NCBI GenBank assembly: GCA_964658305.1
Contig: OZ210885.1
Location: 21,886,001 to 21,950,000, forward strand
DNA from: Leptogorgia sarmentosa
Lineage: Eukaryota
Length of the DNA: 64,000 nucleotides
Reading direction: 5' to 3'
The notes under the pieces were generated by a model that did no database searches, was not told the DNA's origin, and was given only the letters and a program-made list of their open reading frames with translations. How positions within the stretch are numbered: position 1 is the stretch's first letter; every line of letters starts with the position of its first letter. Below, piece after piece: positions 24,559 to 39,200 of the stretch. The position numbers and the translations under genes were made by a program.

Positions 24559-25131
24559 ATGGAAAATATTCATGAGAACCAAATAGGTGAAGTATTACCT
24601 TACCAATTTGAGCCAGAAGCGGGAGCAAATGCTAGTAATTTTAGCGCTGAAAGTGGTTTGGACGAAGACAGCGAGTTGTCTTCCTCAGATGAGGAAGTCG
24701 ATGAAGAGTTCGAAATAGAGAATGCTTGGCGCCACGAATCTTTGAGTTGGTGCAACTGTGGACATTGTGTCTTATCAACAAAAACTATCGAATGTTTCTG
24801 TTGTCACGAGAAGGCTCTAGAGTACGACGAATATGATGCTCTGCTCAAGGAATCTGAGTCGGAAGGCAACGTGACTTCACGACCGCACATGAGGAATTCA
24901 AGGACAATATGCTTTCCGCAAACGTTTTAAAAATTGATGTTTCTCAGTACCTTGAGGAGAACTGGCCAATTGACGACAAAGACCTTGACAAACTGCACAA
25001 ACAGTATCGGCTGGTGGCGTACAAATCGGTTGGGTTTTTCAAATCTTGGGAAAAAAGAAACGCCAACCCTTCCCAGCTTGTGTATACCCGGCTATACGGG
25101 AGAAACTCGCATCACAGTGAGAATATACTAA
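24559..25131 (+). pseudogene. Cys-rich P2X7-C-terminal-like protein (KolX-like accessory gene of Kolobok elements)
   Basis: PYQFEP, an acidic tract, WCNCGHC..ECFCCHE, then frameshifted QYRLVAY...ILGKKKRQPFPACV. Confidence 0.65.
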
Positions 25132-25149
25132 TACTAATTATAGATATTA

Positions 25150-28100
25150 CTGCACTAATTATTAACTAGCGTAGAGTAAACATGTCAATCAAGGTTCATA
25201 TTGTGTATTAATAAAGTGAAGCATGGTACAACAATTGGTGACAAGGATTAAACAGAAAAAAAATAACAAAAAGTCAACATCATGTCAGACAGCGAAGTTG
25301 CCGAAACACAGCCACTTTCGAGGGCTGGAGGAGCAACACAACAAGCGGCGCCAGTAATGGTAATAAATCGACGTCTCAACATCACACCATTTCATATAAC
25401 TAAAGACAGCAACGACACCGCCATTCGTTGGGCGAAATGGAAGCAGAACATCGAACGTCAATTCCGATTTTTCTGCATCGAGGAACCACAATTAAAGAAA
25501 GATGTACTCATCATATATGGAGGGCAAGAAATTGCTGACTTGGACGATTCCATAGCAGATCCGACACTCGAAGAAGAGCAAAACGAATATATGCATCTTA
25601 TCTACAAACTCGACCAGTACTTTTTGCCAAAGAAAAAAAAAGATTATGCTCGTTTTAAACTGGGAAATTTGACACAACAAGACGAAGAATCGATGGTGAC
25701 TTATTATGCCCGAATCCGAGAAATCGCCAAGAAATGTAGTTACACGGATGAAAACGATGCGATAAGAGATCACTTAATCAAAACAATGAGAAACAACGCA
25801 ATTCGTCTTAAAGCTATTCGTCATAACTGGACACTGCAACAAATACTCTACGAAGCAGCAATCACGGAACAAGCTCAACTACAAGCCAAAGAGATGAAAC
25901 ACGGATGTGTTCACGGTGTGGACGTCAACACGGAAAAGCAAATTGCCCAGCATATGGAGCGAAGTGTCGAAAATGTGGTAAACAAAACCACTTTGCCATC
26001 GTATGCAGATCTGGACCGCCACGAATCCCTGACGAAAATGACCAAAAGCGAGCTGAAAACTCGCACTATTGACACCGCAGCTTTAACCCACGGAACAAAG
26101 ACGCACACCGTAGATCTAGGAAACCCCAAGGAAGAGAAGAACCAAGAAATGAAAACCGAAAACCAAATTTCGGCACATCGAGGAGGATGCACAACTTAAC
26201 AATTCTAGCGCCAGCTCGAGCAACGAAGACTTCATCCTCTGTATCAGACAAACAACGAACAAACGAAAACTCTCGAATAGGTGCACGGTATACATCAACG
26301 ATGTGGAAACCCACATTGAACCGGACACTGGATCTGACACCAACATAATGGATGAAGAACAATTCAAAAATAAAAACTTTATCCAACCTAGGCATGGTAC
26401 TTATCGACGAGACCAGTTGTATAGCGGAACACATGGACAAAGGGACGACTGGAGTCAAGAAAACCACCACAACCAATCGCGAACTTGAAGAGATTCTCAA
26501 AAAGTACGAAGGTAGATTCCACGGCATTGGAAAAGCCAAAAGAGACGAGAAAGACATTGAGATCCACATCCCTATGAATGAAAATGCAACCGCAATAGCT
26601 CAAAAACCGAGATGTGTCCCCTACCATCTACTGGATCCTCTTGAGCAGCGCATCAACGAATTTATCGAAAGCGACATTGTGGAAAAACTGCCCGAACACG
26701 AAGCGATTTAATGGTGCTCCTCTCTCGTAGTCCAACCAAAAGCGAAGAATCCCAAGGACATCTGCGTTAGCCTTGACCTGCGACTCCTGAATCAATCGAT
26801 GTTCCGCACCTGACAAGTCCAAACACCCATCACCGAAGATTTCGTAAACGAATTTAAAGATTGCACAATTTTCAGTAAGATTGATCTCAACCATGGGTAT
26901 CATCAATTATGAAAGTTGAAAATTATGACATTTGCAACACGGTGGGGGAACTATCGCTACAGAAGGCTTGCATTCGGAGGGAAGAACAGCCAAGACCTTT
27001 TTGACGCTGAAATCGCGAAGATAATCTCGGGTATACCACGCGTTCTAAATAACCGTGATGACATCGTGGTCGGAGGCAGAGATTGGGAAGAACACAAGCA
27101 GAATTTGCAAACACTACTAGACTTACAGCTCACAACCTCACGCTTCAAAAAGAAAAAATGTGAATGTGGTCAAACATCCATGGAGTTCCACGGTCACTAC
27201 TTCACTAACAAAGGCCTGTGCCCGAGTCTCAGCAGGATCAAAGCCATTCAAGACATTGAGAGACCGAAGACCAAGGAGGAACTCGTATTATTTATCCAAA
27301 TGATGGCATACCTATCCCGATTCATCGGAAATTTCTCCAGTAGATCCGAACCCCTGAGACGACTAACAAAGCACGGTCAGCCATTCGAGTGGAATCAAGA
27401 GCAACAAGATGCATTTGACGACCTGAGACATGCAACACTACAGCACCTGTACTAATACCATATCACGCAGGAAGAAAAACCTTAATAATCTGTGATGCAA
27501 GCCCAGTCGGCCTCGGAGGGGGACTATTTCAACAGACATCTCATGGATACCAACCCGTTCACTATGTTAGCAGAACATTAACACAAACGGAACAAAATTA
27601 TGCCCAAGTAGAACGAGAAGCTCTAGCGGTAGAATTTTCCACAAACCGACTTCAAATGTACCTCTTGGGATCACAGCAATTCCAGATAGTGACGGATCAC
27701 AAACCCTTACTCCCAATCTTTAACAATCCAAGTGCCAAACTACCATCAAGACTGGAACGCATAAGGATGAAAACACAGAATTTAGACTTCACTACGATCC
27801 ACATACCGGGAAAATCGAACATGACTGATTATCTATCACGACATCCTTTACCAGACACAGAAGACACGCACCCAGAACGCCATGTAAGAGCAGTCATCTC
27901 TACAGAACATGCCATGGTGTTAGACAAGATTCGGAAAGAAACGAGCGGAGACAACGAGCTGCAAACACTCATCCAGACCATCAGAACAGGAAACTGGGTT
28001 AGCACAGACATACAATTAAAGCCCTACTATGATCTTAGAACCGAGATATATGAAGCTGGTGGAATAGTACTTCGAGGAGACAAAATCATCCCACCCACAT

Positions 28101-28436
28101 CATTACGGAAGAAAGAACATTGGAGATGCAGTCATCGTAAAACGTGAAAGGAAGACGAAAGGACAAACTCCCTAAGAACTTTATGTATATATCGTAACCA
28201 AAGTTGAAGGCTCGATGGTAACGGCGAGAAGGATGAACGACGACAAAACCAAATGCAGAGACATATCAAGAATCAAACGGCTGAAAGTTCCTGAGGAAAG
28301 AGAAGAGTCACAACAGGAACACTCCCAAAATGTACCACCATCAACAGAAAGGCACGCCAATACTAGTCATCAAGAACTATCGAACACTGGAACCACTCAG
28401 CCACAGGAGAACGCAGAAGAGAAACAGCAAGAACCG
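25150..28436 (+). mobile_element. Gypsy/Ty3 retrotransposon remnant (LTR end, PBS, gag, pol)
   Basis: ...acaaca + at + tggtgacaagg PBS at 25236. Gag starts at 25282 (RWAKWK..IRDHLI), protease DTGS, RT (WCSSLVVQPK, FSKIDLNHGYHQL, YRYRRLAFG, NRDDI), RNase H (CDASPVGLGG, YAQVEREALA, TDHKPL, DYLSRHP). Many frameshifts; integrase core deleted. Confidence 0.92.
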
Positions 28437-31400
28437 CAGTTTTCTTGTTCTTCACGATCAAACATCAAAAAATTCCACCCCTTCGAAAGTCAATTTCTGC
28501 CATTTTGTTTCCGGGAACTTCATGTAGTACAGGCTTAATGTACTAGTTCCAGTCTTTTTGCTGGGAATTTTGCAAGTTTTTTTTTTTCGCGCGCTTTCCA
28601 AGCATAAATACAGGAGGATAACAAAGAACTATTTAATTATAACAAAAAGAAACTCCTTTTGTTTTGGTAATTTATTTTATAATAAAATGTAGTAGAGTTA
28701 ATTGCTTTATCATGTCAGGAGTAGCAACAACGTCGAGTTGTTTAATTCACTTTAAAGGTGAGAAAGGACCACTCACATGTTTCACAGAAACATCTTTCAA
28801 AAAGGTTTTGACAAGCCACCAACAGTGGCTAACGCTAGATGGCGAACAGAGAGAAATTGCCGATAAAACAGCACGCATACTGAAGAACCTCCAGAACCTC
28901 AGCTACCCATCAGATATGATTAAAGATATGCATTACCATTGAAAGTGTTACTCGAAATTCACGAATGTTACTTTGATAAAACGCGCTAAAGCAAGGTGTG
29001 AAAGAGAGCAAGAGACGACTGAAACAGTGACTAAGAATGATCAGGAGATGAAGAGCGAAGATGAGTCTGGTACTGCAAGAAAATTGCTGCGATCTTCAAC
29101 GTCAGGCACAGTAAATTCTAGAAGTCAGGCTATCTTACCACCAGTTTGCATAGTTTGTAATCAAGAGATAGCCTATATTACAGATGCGGTGTTTTATTGC
29201 ATTCAGCGCACGTTTTAGTGACATACTGCCGCAATTTGGCTCTCAGTTGCTCCCCTGCAACCCCGTCTGGTACGTCGCAGCAGCATTAAAATGTATCAAT
29301 TTATGTAGAGTAATTAAACTATAATCCTTCAATTTCAAAGAGTACAAAGAAACGCAAAGTAGACAAGTTGGTCTCTGCAGAAACAATTGATGGTGGAAAA
29401 CTTTGTGAAGCAGCAACTGCAAGAAACGACCAGAAAGTTCTCGTGCATATCTTCAATAACGACTGTGTTGCTCTCGAAGTTAAATACCACAAGCGGTGCT
29501 ATGAACGGTACACCTCATGTGTAAGGCACGCTGGTCCTCAAGAGGAAGAAAAGCCGTATGAATCTTGCAAATACATCAAGTCCTTTGAATCCTTTTGCCA
29601 GTATGTGAAGCAAGAAATAGTCGATGGCCACAATATCGTGTACATGAGCAAGCTAAAGGGTGAATTTCTGAAGAGAGTTAAAGCTATCGACAACGAAGAC
29701 GCATCCAACTATAAGACTTTTCGTCTGAAAAAAAGATTGCAGGACAGATTTCCTCAGCTGGTCTTTCACAAACCGAGACAAAGATTCACGAGTGAGATTG
29801 TATATGCAGAAGATATGAGTCAAGGTGTTGTTGCAGAGAGAGCATTGCATTCTGAAGAGCAAGATGATTTAAACATGGGCCACGGCGACGACAAGGACAA
29901 GGAAGGAGAAGTCAAAGAAGCATCCAGAGTTGACGATAGGAAGATAACGTTACAGGAGTTATATGCGGTTGCACTTGGACTAAAAGAGAACATCCGCAGT
30001 TCAAGCCGGTCTTGGCATGAACAATGGCCTCCACTTGCATCTGATAGAACTGGTGAAAACGTACGAAAAATCGTTACTCCTCGTCTTTTTAACTTTATTG
30101 CGTGGGTACTTGGGTATTCAGATGAACCTAAAGAATGCGAATATATTGACTTGGACGAGGAACTTGCTGTTAAGGTGTTTTCAATCTGTCAAGATTTAAT
30201 TTATAACAGCAGTAGGGGCAAGTTCCAAACGCCTAAATCTCTTGCGCTGGCGATGACCATGAGGCAACTATCTGGATGTTCTGGTCTAATCCGCATCTTA
30301 AATGGTTTAGGTCATTGCGTTTCCTTGTCCTCAACGATGGCTTTTGACACTGCTCTCGCGCAATTAGTTATCAATACATCTGATATCATACCACGAGAAT
30401 TCGCAGCCAACGAAGCTGTTAACCTGGTATACGACAATATACATTTTGGAGAGGATATCAAGAAACAAATGCACGTTACGAATGGCATCATTACCCAGCA
30501 GATTAGATCAGAAAATCAGAGAACGTCAACAGGAAAGACCATCAAGAAAAAACAGCGCTCAATAGAAGTACCGCAATCAGATGTAAAGCCATTTAGTATT
30601 GGAATTAGGAAAACGCCAACATTTATCAGCGAAGAAGGAATTGCCATTACAACTACTGCGTCAAGTGAAATGGCACAAAAACTTGATTTTGCGTATGTGC
30701 TGGTGAAAATGGTGCCCAATGATAACAGTATTCTTCCTGGTTGGACAGGTTTCAACACCATACTCTGTAACGATGATATACCTGTTTCAAGAGTCGGTTA
30801 CCTTCCTGTGATTGATGCGTCGCCAACAGAGTACTCGACTATAAACACGATCCTCAAAAGAAGTAACGACATAGCAGACACGTTGCAGCTACAGTATGTC
30901 ACACTGGTGTTTGATGAAGCTGTGTATTCGAAGGTACAGTTTATTTTAATCTTTATTTTAACTTTCAAATCTTCTAGCCAACCACGGGAGTACCCGGAAA
31001 GACCCCCTTAAAGGAAAGTTTCCATAAGCTGGCTTAACGTAACAATAAAGGCAGGGCACTAAATGCTTGTGTCACCGGTCCTTCTTTAGGTACAGCATGT
31101 CCGTTGGAAGAATGATGTTTTTTACAGCCGTTTTGTCGTGCGATTGGGAGAATTCCATGCCACTATGTCATTCTTGTCTACGATCGCCAAAATCTTTCAA
31201 GATGGAGGTTTGAAGGTAGGTTCGTTCTAATGTGCGTTGAGTCATTGAAATGGTGTTGAAGGTACACTAGAACTGTTTCTTCCAAAAATGTCAGACTAAG
31301 TGCATCTTAAATACGTTTATTCATAGGATGTGTTGATCGAATCTGGAATTATTAGTGAGGGATCTATCAAAGGCGTCCTTTCAGGAAAACACTACAACAG

Positions 31401-34024
31401 GTCCGTACTTTGTCATAAAATGATGTACGAAGCTTTACAACGCCTTCGGTTTGAAGCATTCCTGGATACATTGGAAGAGGAATATCAAGAAACCATATAT
31501 TCATTGATTATGACCATGCAGGACTCCTTTACCGATGGCAGTTTCTAAAATTGTATGAAAAGTGAACTGTTTGATGATATAATCATCAAATACGAGGCCT
31601 TCGTCACAGAGTCATCAACTAAATCGAAAACCTTCGCCTATTGGAGCATGTACATCAAACTGGCAGGTAAGAACGTTTTCAATGGCAGTCTTGTTACTGG
31701 CTTAATTGTTCCACGTCTGTAAAGGGAATTTAATATACTTTTTGACTCAGTCTGAAGACATGCTTGCATGAATCACATTATTATATTTCTTCGCAGGTAT
31801 ACTTCTGATGTTCATTCGAGCAACAAGGGAAGTTGACTGGGATCTGCATCTGTCCACGTTTAGATCAATGATTCTGTGGTTCTTTGCTTGCGACAAAGTA
31901 AACTATGCAAGACATGGCTCGGCGTATTGGTTAGAGATGACATCTTTAGAGAAGACTCATCCAGGTTTGTTCGTAGACATATACTTAGTCTAACAATAAA
32001 TCAACTTTTTCGAGTTGACTAATTACCATTCACTTATCAACAAATTTCTGCATTTATGAGAGAGAATAAAATATATATAAATAGTTTCTTCATGCATGAT
32101 TGAACCTAAGTGAATTTATTAGGCGGCTTTCTTATAGAGTATCCTTCATGTTTCTCATTTACAGGAATTCTTTCAGAGTTATCATCCAACTTTTCAGTTC
32201 AACGGCAAAATGTCCATGGGTTTTCTGCAGTGGCTTGTGATCAAACCATAGAGCAAACAGTCAATCGGGATTCCAAGAGCAAACGGTCAATCGGGATTCC
32301 AAGACCAAAGGTGGATTAATTGGCTTCTCCATGAATTGTGCATCAGTTCATAGATGGTTGTTGTCGCAATCAGAAAGGGCAGCAATAGCACAAAAATGCA
32401 AATTGATGTCTGGGATGAACTGTAAATCACGGTACGTGTGTTACTATATAAATTCGAGGCATGGCCCATATTTGAATATGTTTCTTAACGATCATAAATC
32501 TCTAGACATTCTGATCACCGCTGTTCACCATTTTAGTCGCCTCACGATCAACTCTACTAAACATTGTCAATTATATTTGCTTTCACCTTCAGCGAGAGAA
32601 AAGATTTAGATGTGAGCAAATGCAAAAGGCACGAAAAGTCTGTGGGAGATGTTATGACGACCATCTGTAGCATGACAAACCTGTTCAACGCGGATCAAGA
32701 GGAGCTTGTTGGTATTTCCAGTGGCGTAGAAGTTGAAGGCAAGGTTGCTGATAATATCCTTCAAGCCGAACAGCTTGGCGAGCATCAGTTCTCTGATTTC
32801 GTCCAAAACAATCTTTTCAGCGACAAACCAGATCTTTTTACCAAAATTAAGCAGAACAAACTGAAAACATTCTCATCTCAACATCTGACGGTGAAAAACA
32901 GCGAAGGCAAACAATTAGTAGTGAAGACAAGCAGGGATCTTTTTGCTCGATTGTTGATCCTGTCCAAATCTCGGGAAATCGACTTACAATCTTTGCGATT
33001 ATCCACTTTCACTCGCCACAGCAGCTGGAGGCCTCGTGAAAACAGCCAAATCAAAGATGTTCGAGATTTTAGAGGGCACGGTAGTTGATCCAACAGTAGA
33101 TGCCGAGAACATTGGTGATCACAATGCGCTTATCGTTGATGCAATGGCAGTCCTGCAAACTATGAAAGGAAAGTGGAAAACGTTTGGTGAGTTTGCAGAT
33201 ACGATATTTGCTTATTTGGTGAAGCTCGCACGACAATGGAATGCTACCAGACTGGACTTTGTTGCAGATAGATATCCCGTGATAAGCATCAAGAATGCAG
33301 AACGCGCAAGAAGAGCCGCACAAGGTGTCCAGAGAGCCCATATCCTTAATAAAGATCAGTGCGTTCCCAAGCAATGGAAGAAGTACATGAGCTGTGGCAA
33401 GAACAAAGAGTCGTTGATTGTGTTTTTATGTGATCATTGGAGCACCTATGTGTCGTCGCAGTTGAACAGTTTACAATGTATGTATGTCACTTGGAGAGAT
33501 GAATGTCACGTTTTCACGTCTGGTGATTCCGAGATTGATCCCGTACAACGGCAGAATGTCCCCGAATTGCAGTGCGATCACGAAGAAGCGGACACACGCC
33601 TACTCCTTCACTCGAAGCATGCAGCAGAGGCCCATGATCACATCATCGTGAAGACGCCAGACACAGATGTGTTTGTACTTTGTATGACCATGCAGAGTAC
33701 TATTGGCAAGGAGGTGTATATGATGACCGGCACTGGAAACAAATTCCGCCTCATAGAAACCCAAGCTGTATCAGATGCACTTGGTGAAAAGCTGTGTGCA
33801 TGCCTGCCAGGATTTCATGCTTTCACAGGTAGAGTATATATTACTAAATATGCATGTCGTGGTGATATATAATCCTATCAAACGTAGAATATAAAGCAAT
33901 CAACCAATTAACATTAATTTTTTCCTTTATCTTATTTTATAGGTTGTGATTCCACAAGTGCATTCCATGGGAAAGGAAAAGCAAAACCATGGAAGATAAT
34001 GCAAGAGCATCCGACGTTCGTAGA
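28436..34024 (+). pseudogene. AcademX transposon: multi-exon transposase fused to an XPG/FEN-like nuclease, decayed and 3'-truncated
   Basis: ATG at 28712. EVKYHKRCY, VYDNIHF, LPGWTGFN, VGYLPVIDASPT, VFDEAVYSK, RLGEFH, NYARHGSAYW, DQTIEQTVNRD. Nuclease motifs IVDAMA, FVADRY, HEEADTRLLLH, PDTDV, FHAFTG|CDSTSAFHGKGK. GT-AG introns, stops and frameshifts. Confidence 0.9.
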
Positions 34025-35311
34025 GGTGTACCGTTCATAGCACTGCTTGTGGTATTTAACTTCGAGAGCAACACAGTCGTTATTGAAGATATGCACGAGA
34101 ATTTTCTGGTCGTTTCTTGCAGTTGCTGCTTCACAAAGTTTTCCACCATCAATTGTTTCTGCAGAGACCAACTTGTCTACTTTGCGTTTCTTTGTACTCT
34201 TTGAAATTGAAGGATTATAGTTTAATTACTCTACATAAATTGATACATTTTAATGCTGCTGCGACGTACCAGACGGGGGTGCAGGGGGGCAACTGCAGCT
34301 GAATTGCGGCAGTATGTCACTAAAACGTGCGCTGAATGCAATAAAACACTTACCGCATCTGTAATATAGGCTATGTCTTGATTACAAACTATGCAAACTG
34401 GTGGTAAGATAGCCTGACTTGTGGAATTTACTGTGCTTGACGTTGAAGATTGCAGCAATTTTCTTGCAGTACCAGACTCATCTTCGCTCTTCATCTCCTG
34501 ATCATTCTTAGTCACTGTTTCAGTCGTCTCTTGCTCTCTTTCACACCTTGCTTTAGCGCGTTTTATCAAAGTAACATTCGTGAATTTCGAGTAACACGTT
34601 CGATGGTAATGCATATCTTTAATCATATCTGATGGGTAGCTGAGGTTCTGGAGGTTCTTCAGTATGCGTGCTGTTTTATCGGCAATTTCTCTCTGTTCGC
34701 CATCTAGCATTAGCCACTGTTGGTGGCTTGTCAAAACCTTTTTGAAAGATGTTTCTGTGAAACATGTGAGTGGTCCTTTCTCACCTTTAAAGTGAATTAA
34801 ACAACTCGACGTTGTTGCCACTTCTGACATGATCAAGCAATTAACTCTACTACATTTTATTATAAAATAAATTACCAAAACAAAAGGAGTTTCTTTTTGT
34901 TATAATTAAATAGTTCTTTGTTATCCTCCTGTAAAAAAAAACTCGCAAAATTCCCAGCAAAAAGACTGGAACTAGTACATTAAGCCTGTACTACATGAAG
35001 TTCCCAGAAACAAAATGGCAGAAATTGACTTTCGAAGGGGTGGAATTTTTTGATGTTTGATTGTGAAGAACAAGAAAACTGCAGGTTTGTGGGAGTGACA
35101 ACAAGTAAATTCGAACTCGGCATATAAAAATCTATGAAGTTATGTGTTGTAAAAGTAGTGCCCGATGGGGGGCAACAAAACTGAACAAAAATCGGCCAGG
35201 GAATACGGCCTAATATGCCAAAAGCGGGAAAATTGTGGAAAATACAAATGGCTTCCTCAAAGGAAAGGTTCTTCCAAACGCTTATATTGAGTTGAAATAA
35301 ATTTGTTTGAT
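34020..35311 (-). mobile_element. Inverted second copy of the AcademX 5' region
   Basis: 34022-35082 is the near-identical reverse complement of 28436-29516. It extends further upstream until cut by the Sola3 end. Confidence 0.92.
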
Positions 35312-36263
35312 TTAAGAGAGTGTCCATGTAAGAACCATGCAAAACCATGCAGGAGGTGATAAACCTCAACTCACAGATTTTGCTCAAATTTGGCACATAT
35401 ATAGGGGTTGGTGAATGTGCTACTTGACCAAAGTTTGAGGGCCATCTGTTGCATAGCAACGGAGTGACAGGTACCTCTTGATTTTGACCCAATTTTGCCA
35501 CAAATAATGGTATTTAGTAAGCAAGGTTTAGTTCATCATGAAATAGGCAAAACTAGATCAAAGAAGATGAAATTGCAACTGCTGATCAAAGACTTGCTTT
35601 AACAGCAAAGTTTTTATTGGGATATTTGAAAATTTAATTACTAGAGGACAATAAACATACCCTACACTTTAACGTTACATATTTTTTATATATTTTAAAC
35701 AAGTAACAACTGCCCAATTATTTAAAATTATTGAACGAAACATTATAATAACATCATCAAAGAGTTCACAATGCTTGTTTTAGAAGATAAATCGGGCAGT
35801 GGTAAGCATGCTGCCATGCAGAGATACAAAAGTAGCATATTATGTCCAACAAAAATACGATATAATTCAACAGCACTCCTCACTAATATAGACAGACACA
35901 AATGACTCGAAATTGACAGAACATTGATCATGTTTTCAATGGTACAAATGGTAAAACGAATCAAATACGATATACAAATGTGTACACTACAATAGCTACC
36001 GGTATGTTGATATCATCAATGTGTGGCCTCCATCTTGAAACACAGGGAGCCCAATTCTTAAATCTGATAATTGATCCGAATTGACCAAATATACCTAATT
36101 ATCCGACTAGATTGTTTGTGTATCAGTAAAGAAAAACAAATGAGCAAATGAAGTAAATACTAAATACAGTATATAAAAAGATCATGATTACATCATCTTT
36201 TTGCGTGAAAGACTTTTCACCGGTTGACAAAATATGTTCAGACAACATATTCATCACATTCCT

Positions 36264-39200
36264 TTACAATTCTAGCTCCTCTCTGATGGAAGCAAACAAT
36301 GAATGCCGTCTTATGGCTTCTTCCATCATTTCAATATCTTCTTCTTCCTCGTCTTGTTTCAAAGAGCCCTTCCTTTGCTGGACACTTAGCCGAGAAAAGT
36401 AACTTTTCACTTGCTGCGTCGATAGCCATTCAGACTTGTCAAAAACTTTCTTTTGCCCCTTTCTCACGCTCCACATTCGAGCTGACACTTCTTTCCGATC
36501 TGCTTTTATGCCGCTTCTCTCTCCGTCAATAAAGGTTTTCAAAAGGAAATCTTTTACAGTCTTTGAAAACCGTATGTTAGCAGCTTTCTTCTTCAATGCC
36601 CAACCCATTTCCGACGTTGACGAGGGCAGACGCTTATCGGATGTTTCTTGTTGTGATTGGCCATGACACGCTGAATTTGTTTCAGTATGCGGAAGACCAA
36701 CAGAAGTGCACCTTGACGCCCATTTTTGCTTAATGGTGTCGTACGTGCATTCCGTATGCAAACGGTAGAAGTGTTTACCAACATCAAGATGTCTTTCAAG
36801 TGCGGTACTGGAAACGAACTTTGACACAGCAAACGTCCGGACAGTGAAAACCCTTAGATGTAGTATTTTGGTTATCATTGGGATTCTTGTCGGATGTGGA
36901 CTGGCGTTGATTTACTGGGTGTTTCAATAACCCTGCGTCATCCTTTGGGTTGGAAAATGCTTCATGTCGAACGATACCAGTTGCTTCTTGAGTTACAGCC
37001 ATCTGTTTAATTTCAGTTTTCTTGATTAACTTTCCTTTTCCAATTTTGTACGCTTTCCACATTCTAATTCCAGAATTTAGAAATTCAAAGTTGTTGAACA
37101 ATGTTATCCCCGTCCAATTATGTTTGAATATTTTCTGCTTGCTTGTGTTGGTGCTGACCACAGAGGCTCTGCATCCTTTCACGCCACCATACGAGTCAAG
37201 AGATTTCTTCATGTCGGACGCTGTATTGATGTTGTTTCCTTCATTGAGAAAACGATGCATGTGGCTTTTAGCACATGCTATACGCCGATCACAGATATCC
37301 TTTCCAGACTGAGCATCACTAAAGTCATATCGCCTTATCGCAATCGCGGCTCGTTTGGAGATATCTGGAATTGCAAGCATCAGCGGAGCACAATGATAAC
37401 AACCTGCGTTGTCGGATCTAAGAAACGCCTCTGTGAGTTGCGGATAGATTTCCTTTAAATTTAGCAAAACATCTTCGATAATAGACGCGACTGCAAACCA
37501 ATCTTGTGTACAATTGTCAAACAGATGGAAAAACGTTTTTACCTATTTGGGCGAAAGATCATTTAAATGTATTTAAAAACGTTTTGGTTATATAAACTTT
37601 TATTTGTCATCCTTGAAAAGTAAAATCTAATGTTCTACATAGAAAATCAGGAGGAAAGCTGTGAAATGACAAAATAGAATCACAAATACCTCAAAATCGT
37701 CATCTCCTTTCTTGACAATTGCAGCGCAAACATGCCACGGTCGTCCTTTCTTACCGTACCATTCAGTCTGCGTTTCCCTGTAACATACAGGTAAAAACTT
37801 CATCGCCCAATCCATAATGATCAGCACTTGATTTGGCTTTATTTCTGCAAGAATATTGCTCTTTGCCGTATCCTGATGTACAGTTCGCACTATGTGTTCT
37901 TTCCATGCCTCGATTTTTTTAACTGCAGCATCTACGTCATGTGTAATCTCTTCCTTGTCTTCTTCGCTATAATGAAGAATTATTGTCATTGAAAGGTAAA
38001 TCACTAGTTGAAGATAACAACAATTACATGCTCCTTAATTTACGTCCAATATTATGGTGCGAATAAATTAGCATCTTGTTACCTTATATTAATATCCTTT
38101 GAAGACACAGCACTTTGTATTGTAGACAACGTGTCTCTCATCAGGTCACACCGATCACATGTCATGTCGTGCTTATGAACACACTTCTTCCTGAATTCCA
38201 GCTTGGAGTCGGATAGAGCGTACGCACGACAATGATCGGCACAATTGTTTTCCAGTGTAATATGCAACTTATAGTCAGATTTCAGGTATTGTCTAACATT
38301 GCACAAGCTTTCTTGGACTTCTTTAACCCATGACCCTGACATACCTTAATTTAAAACAAAAGCAGATTTATATATTTATAAATTCCCGACGTTATACCTC
38401 CAGTATTTGTACATGTCTTTGTTTCGTGTGCGTTCCCCTCGATGTTTGTTTGTTTGTTTGTTTGCTTGCTTGCTTGCTTGCTTGCTTGCTCGCTTGCTTG
38501 CTTGCACGCTTGCTTGCTTGTTTGTTTGTTTGCGTGCTTGCTTGCTTGCTAACATGCACATAAAACATAAATATAGTCGTTTAATCTTGACCGTGTTTCC
38601 CTAGTCGAATTGCAATTTCGTGCAATATCGTAAATGAAGAATTTCCTTCAGTTGTAATACTGTCAAGTCCGGAAAGACATTTCTGTTTCGATGCAGCACA
38701 AGCCTTTGAAAAAAAAGGAAAAGAAATTATCAACGCAAGTAATTAGAAGTACAATAAGAAGCACTGAGTTCCGATACCAGTACCTGTAAAATACTAAACA
38801 AACTCGACCTCCCCAAGTGCTCAAAGTCATTCTCCTTGCACGTTGCAATGTACAGGTTAACCAACCTCGTTGACGTAACGGTTCTTATTACGTTCGGAAT
38901 TTCCATGGCTTTTCCAGTTGAAAGTGTTACTGTCCTTGTACCAAATGCAACATCTTGTAAAAAATGTGGTTGGGAAATGAAATCAATAAAGTGGTCAACT
39001 TTTGCGGGGTTCATGACTGCTCGATGCGCTTTAGGTATGTCCTTGGTCGTCCCAGCGCCATAAAGCGCGGCATGTTTTCTCGCTTCGTCAACGTGCCATG
39101 TAGTTATTCCCGGTATCATTTGACTCAGTTCAGACTTTGTGTAATCTTGTGCAAAAATCGAGAGAATTTCCAGACGAGTTGTTCTCGAGTTTGTCTCCTG

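Noticed and set aside
33036..34024. Host XPG/FEN1 repair nuclease
   Set aside because: It is contiguous with the Academ transposase exons, as expected for AcademX.
38330..38604. Short ORFs rich in LLAC/ASKQ
   Set aside because: Microsatellite translations.
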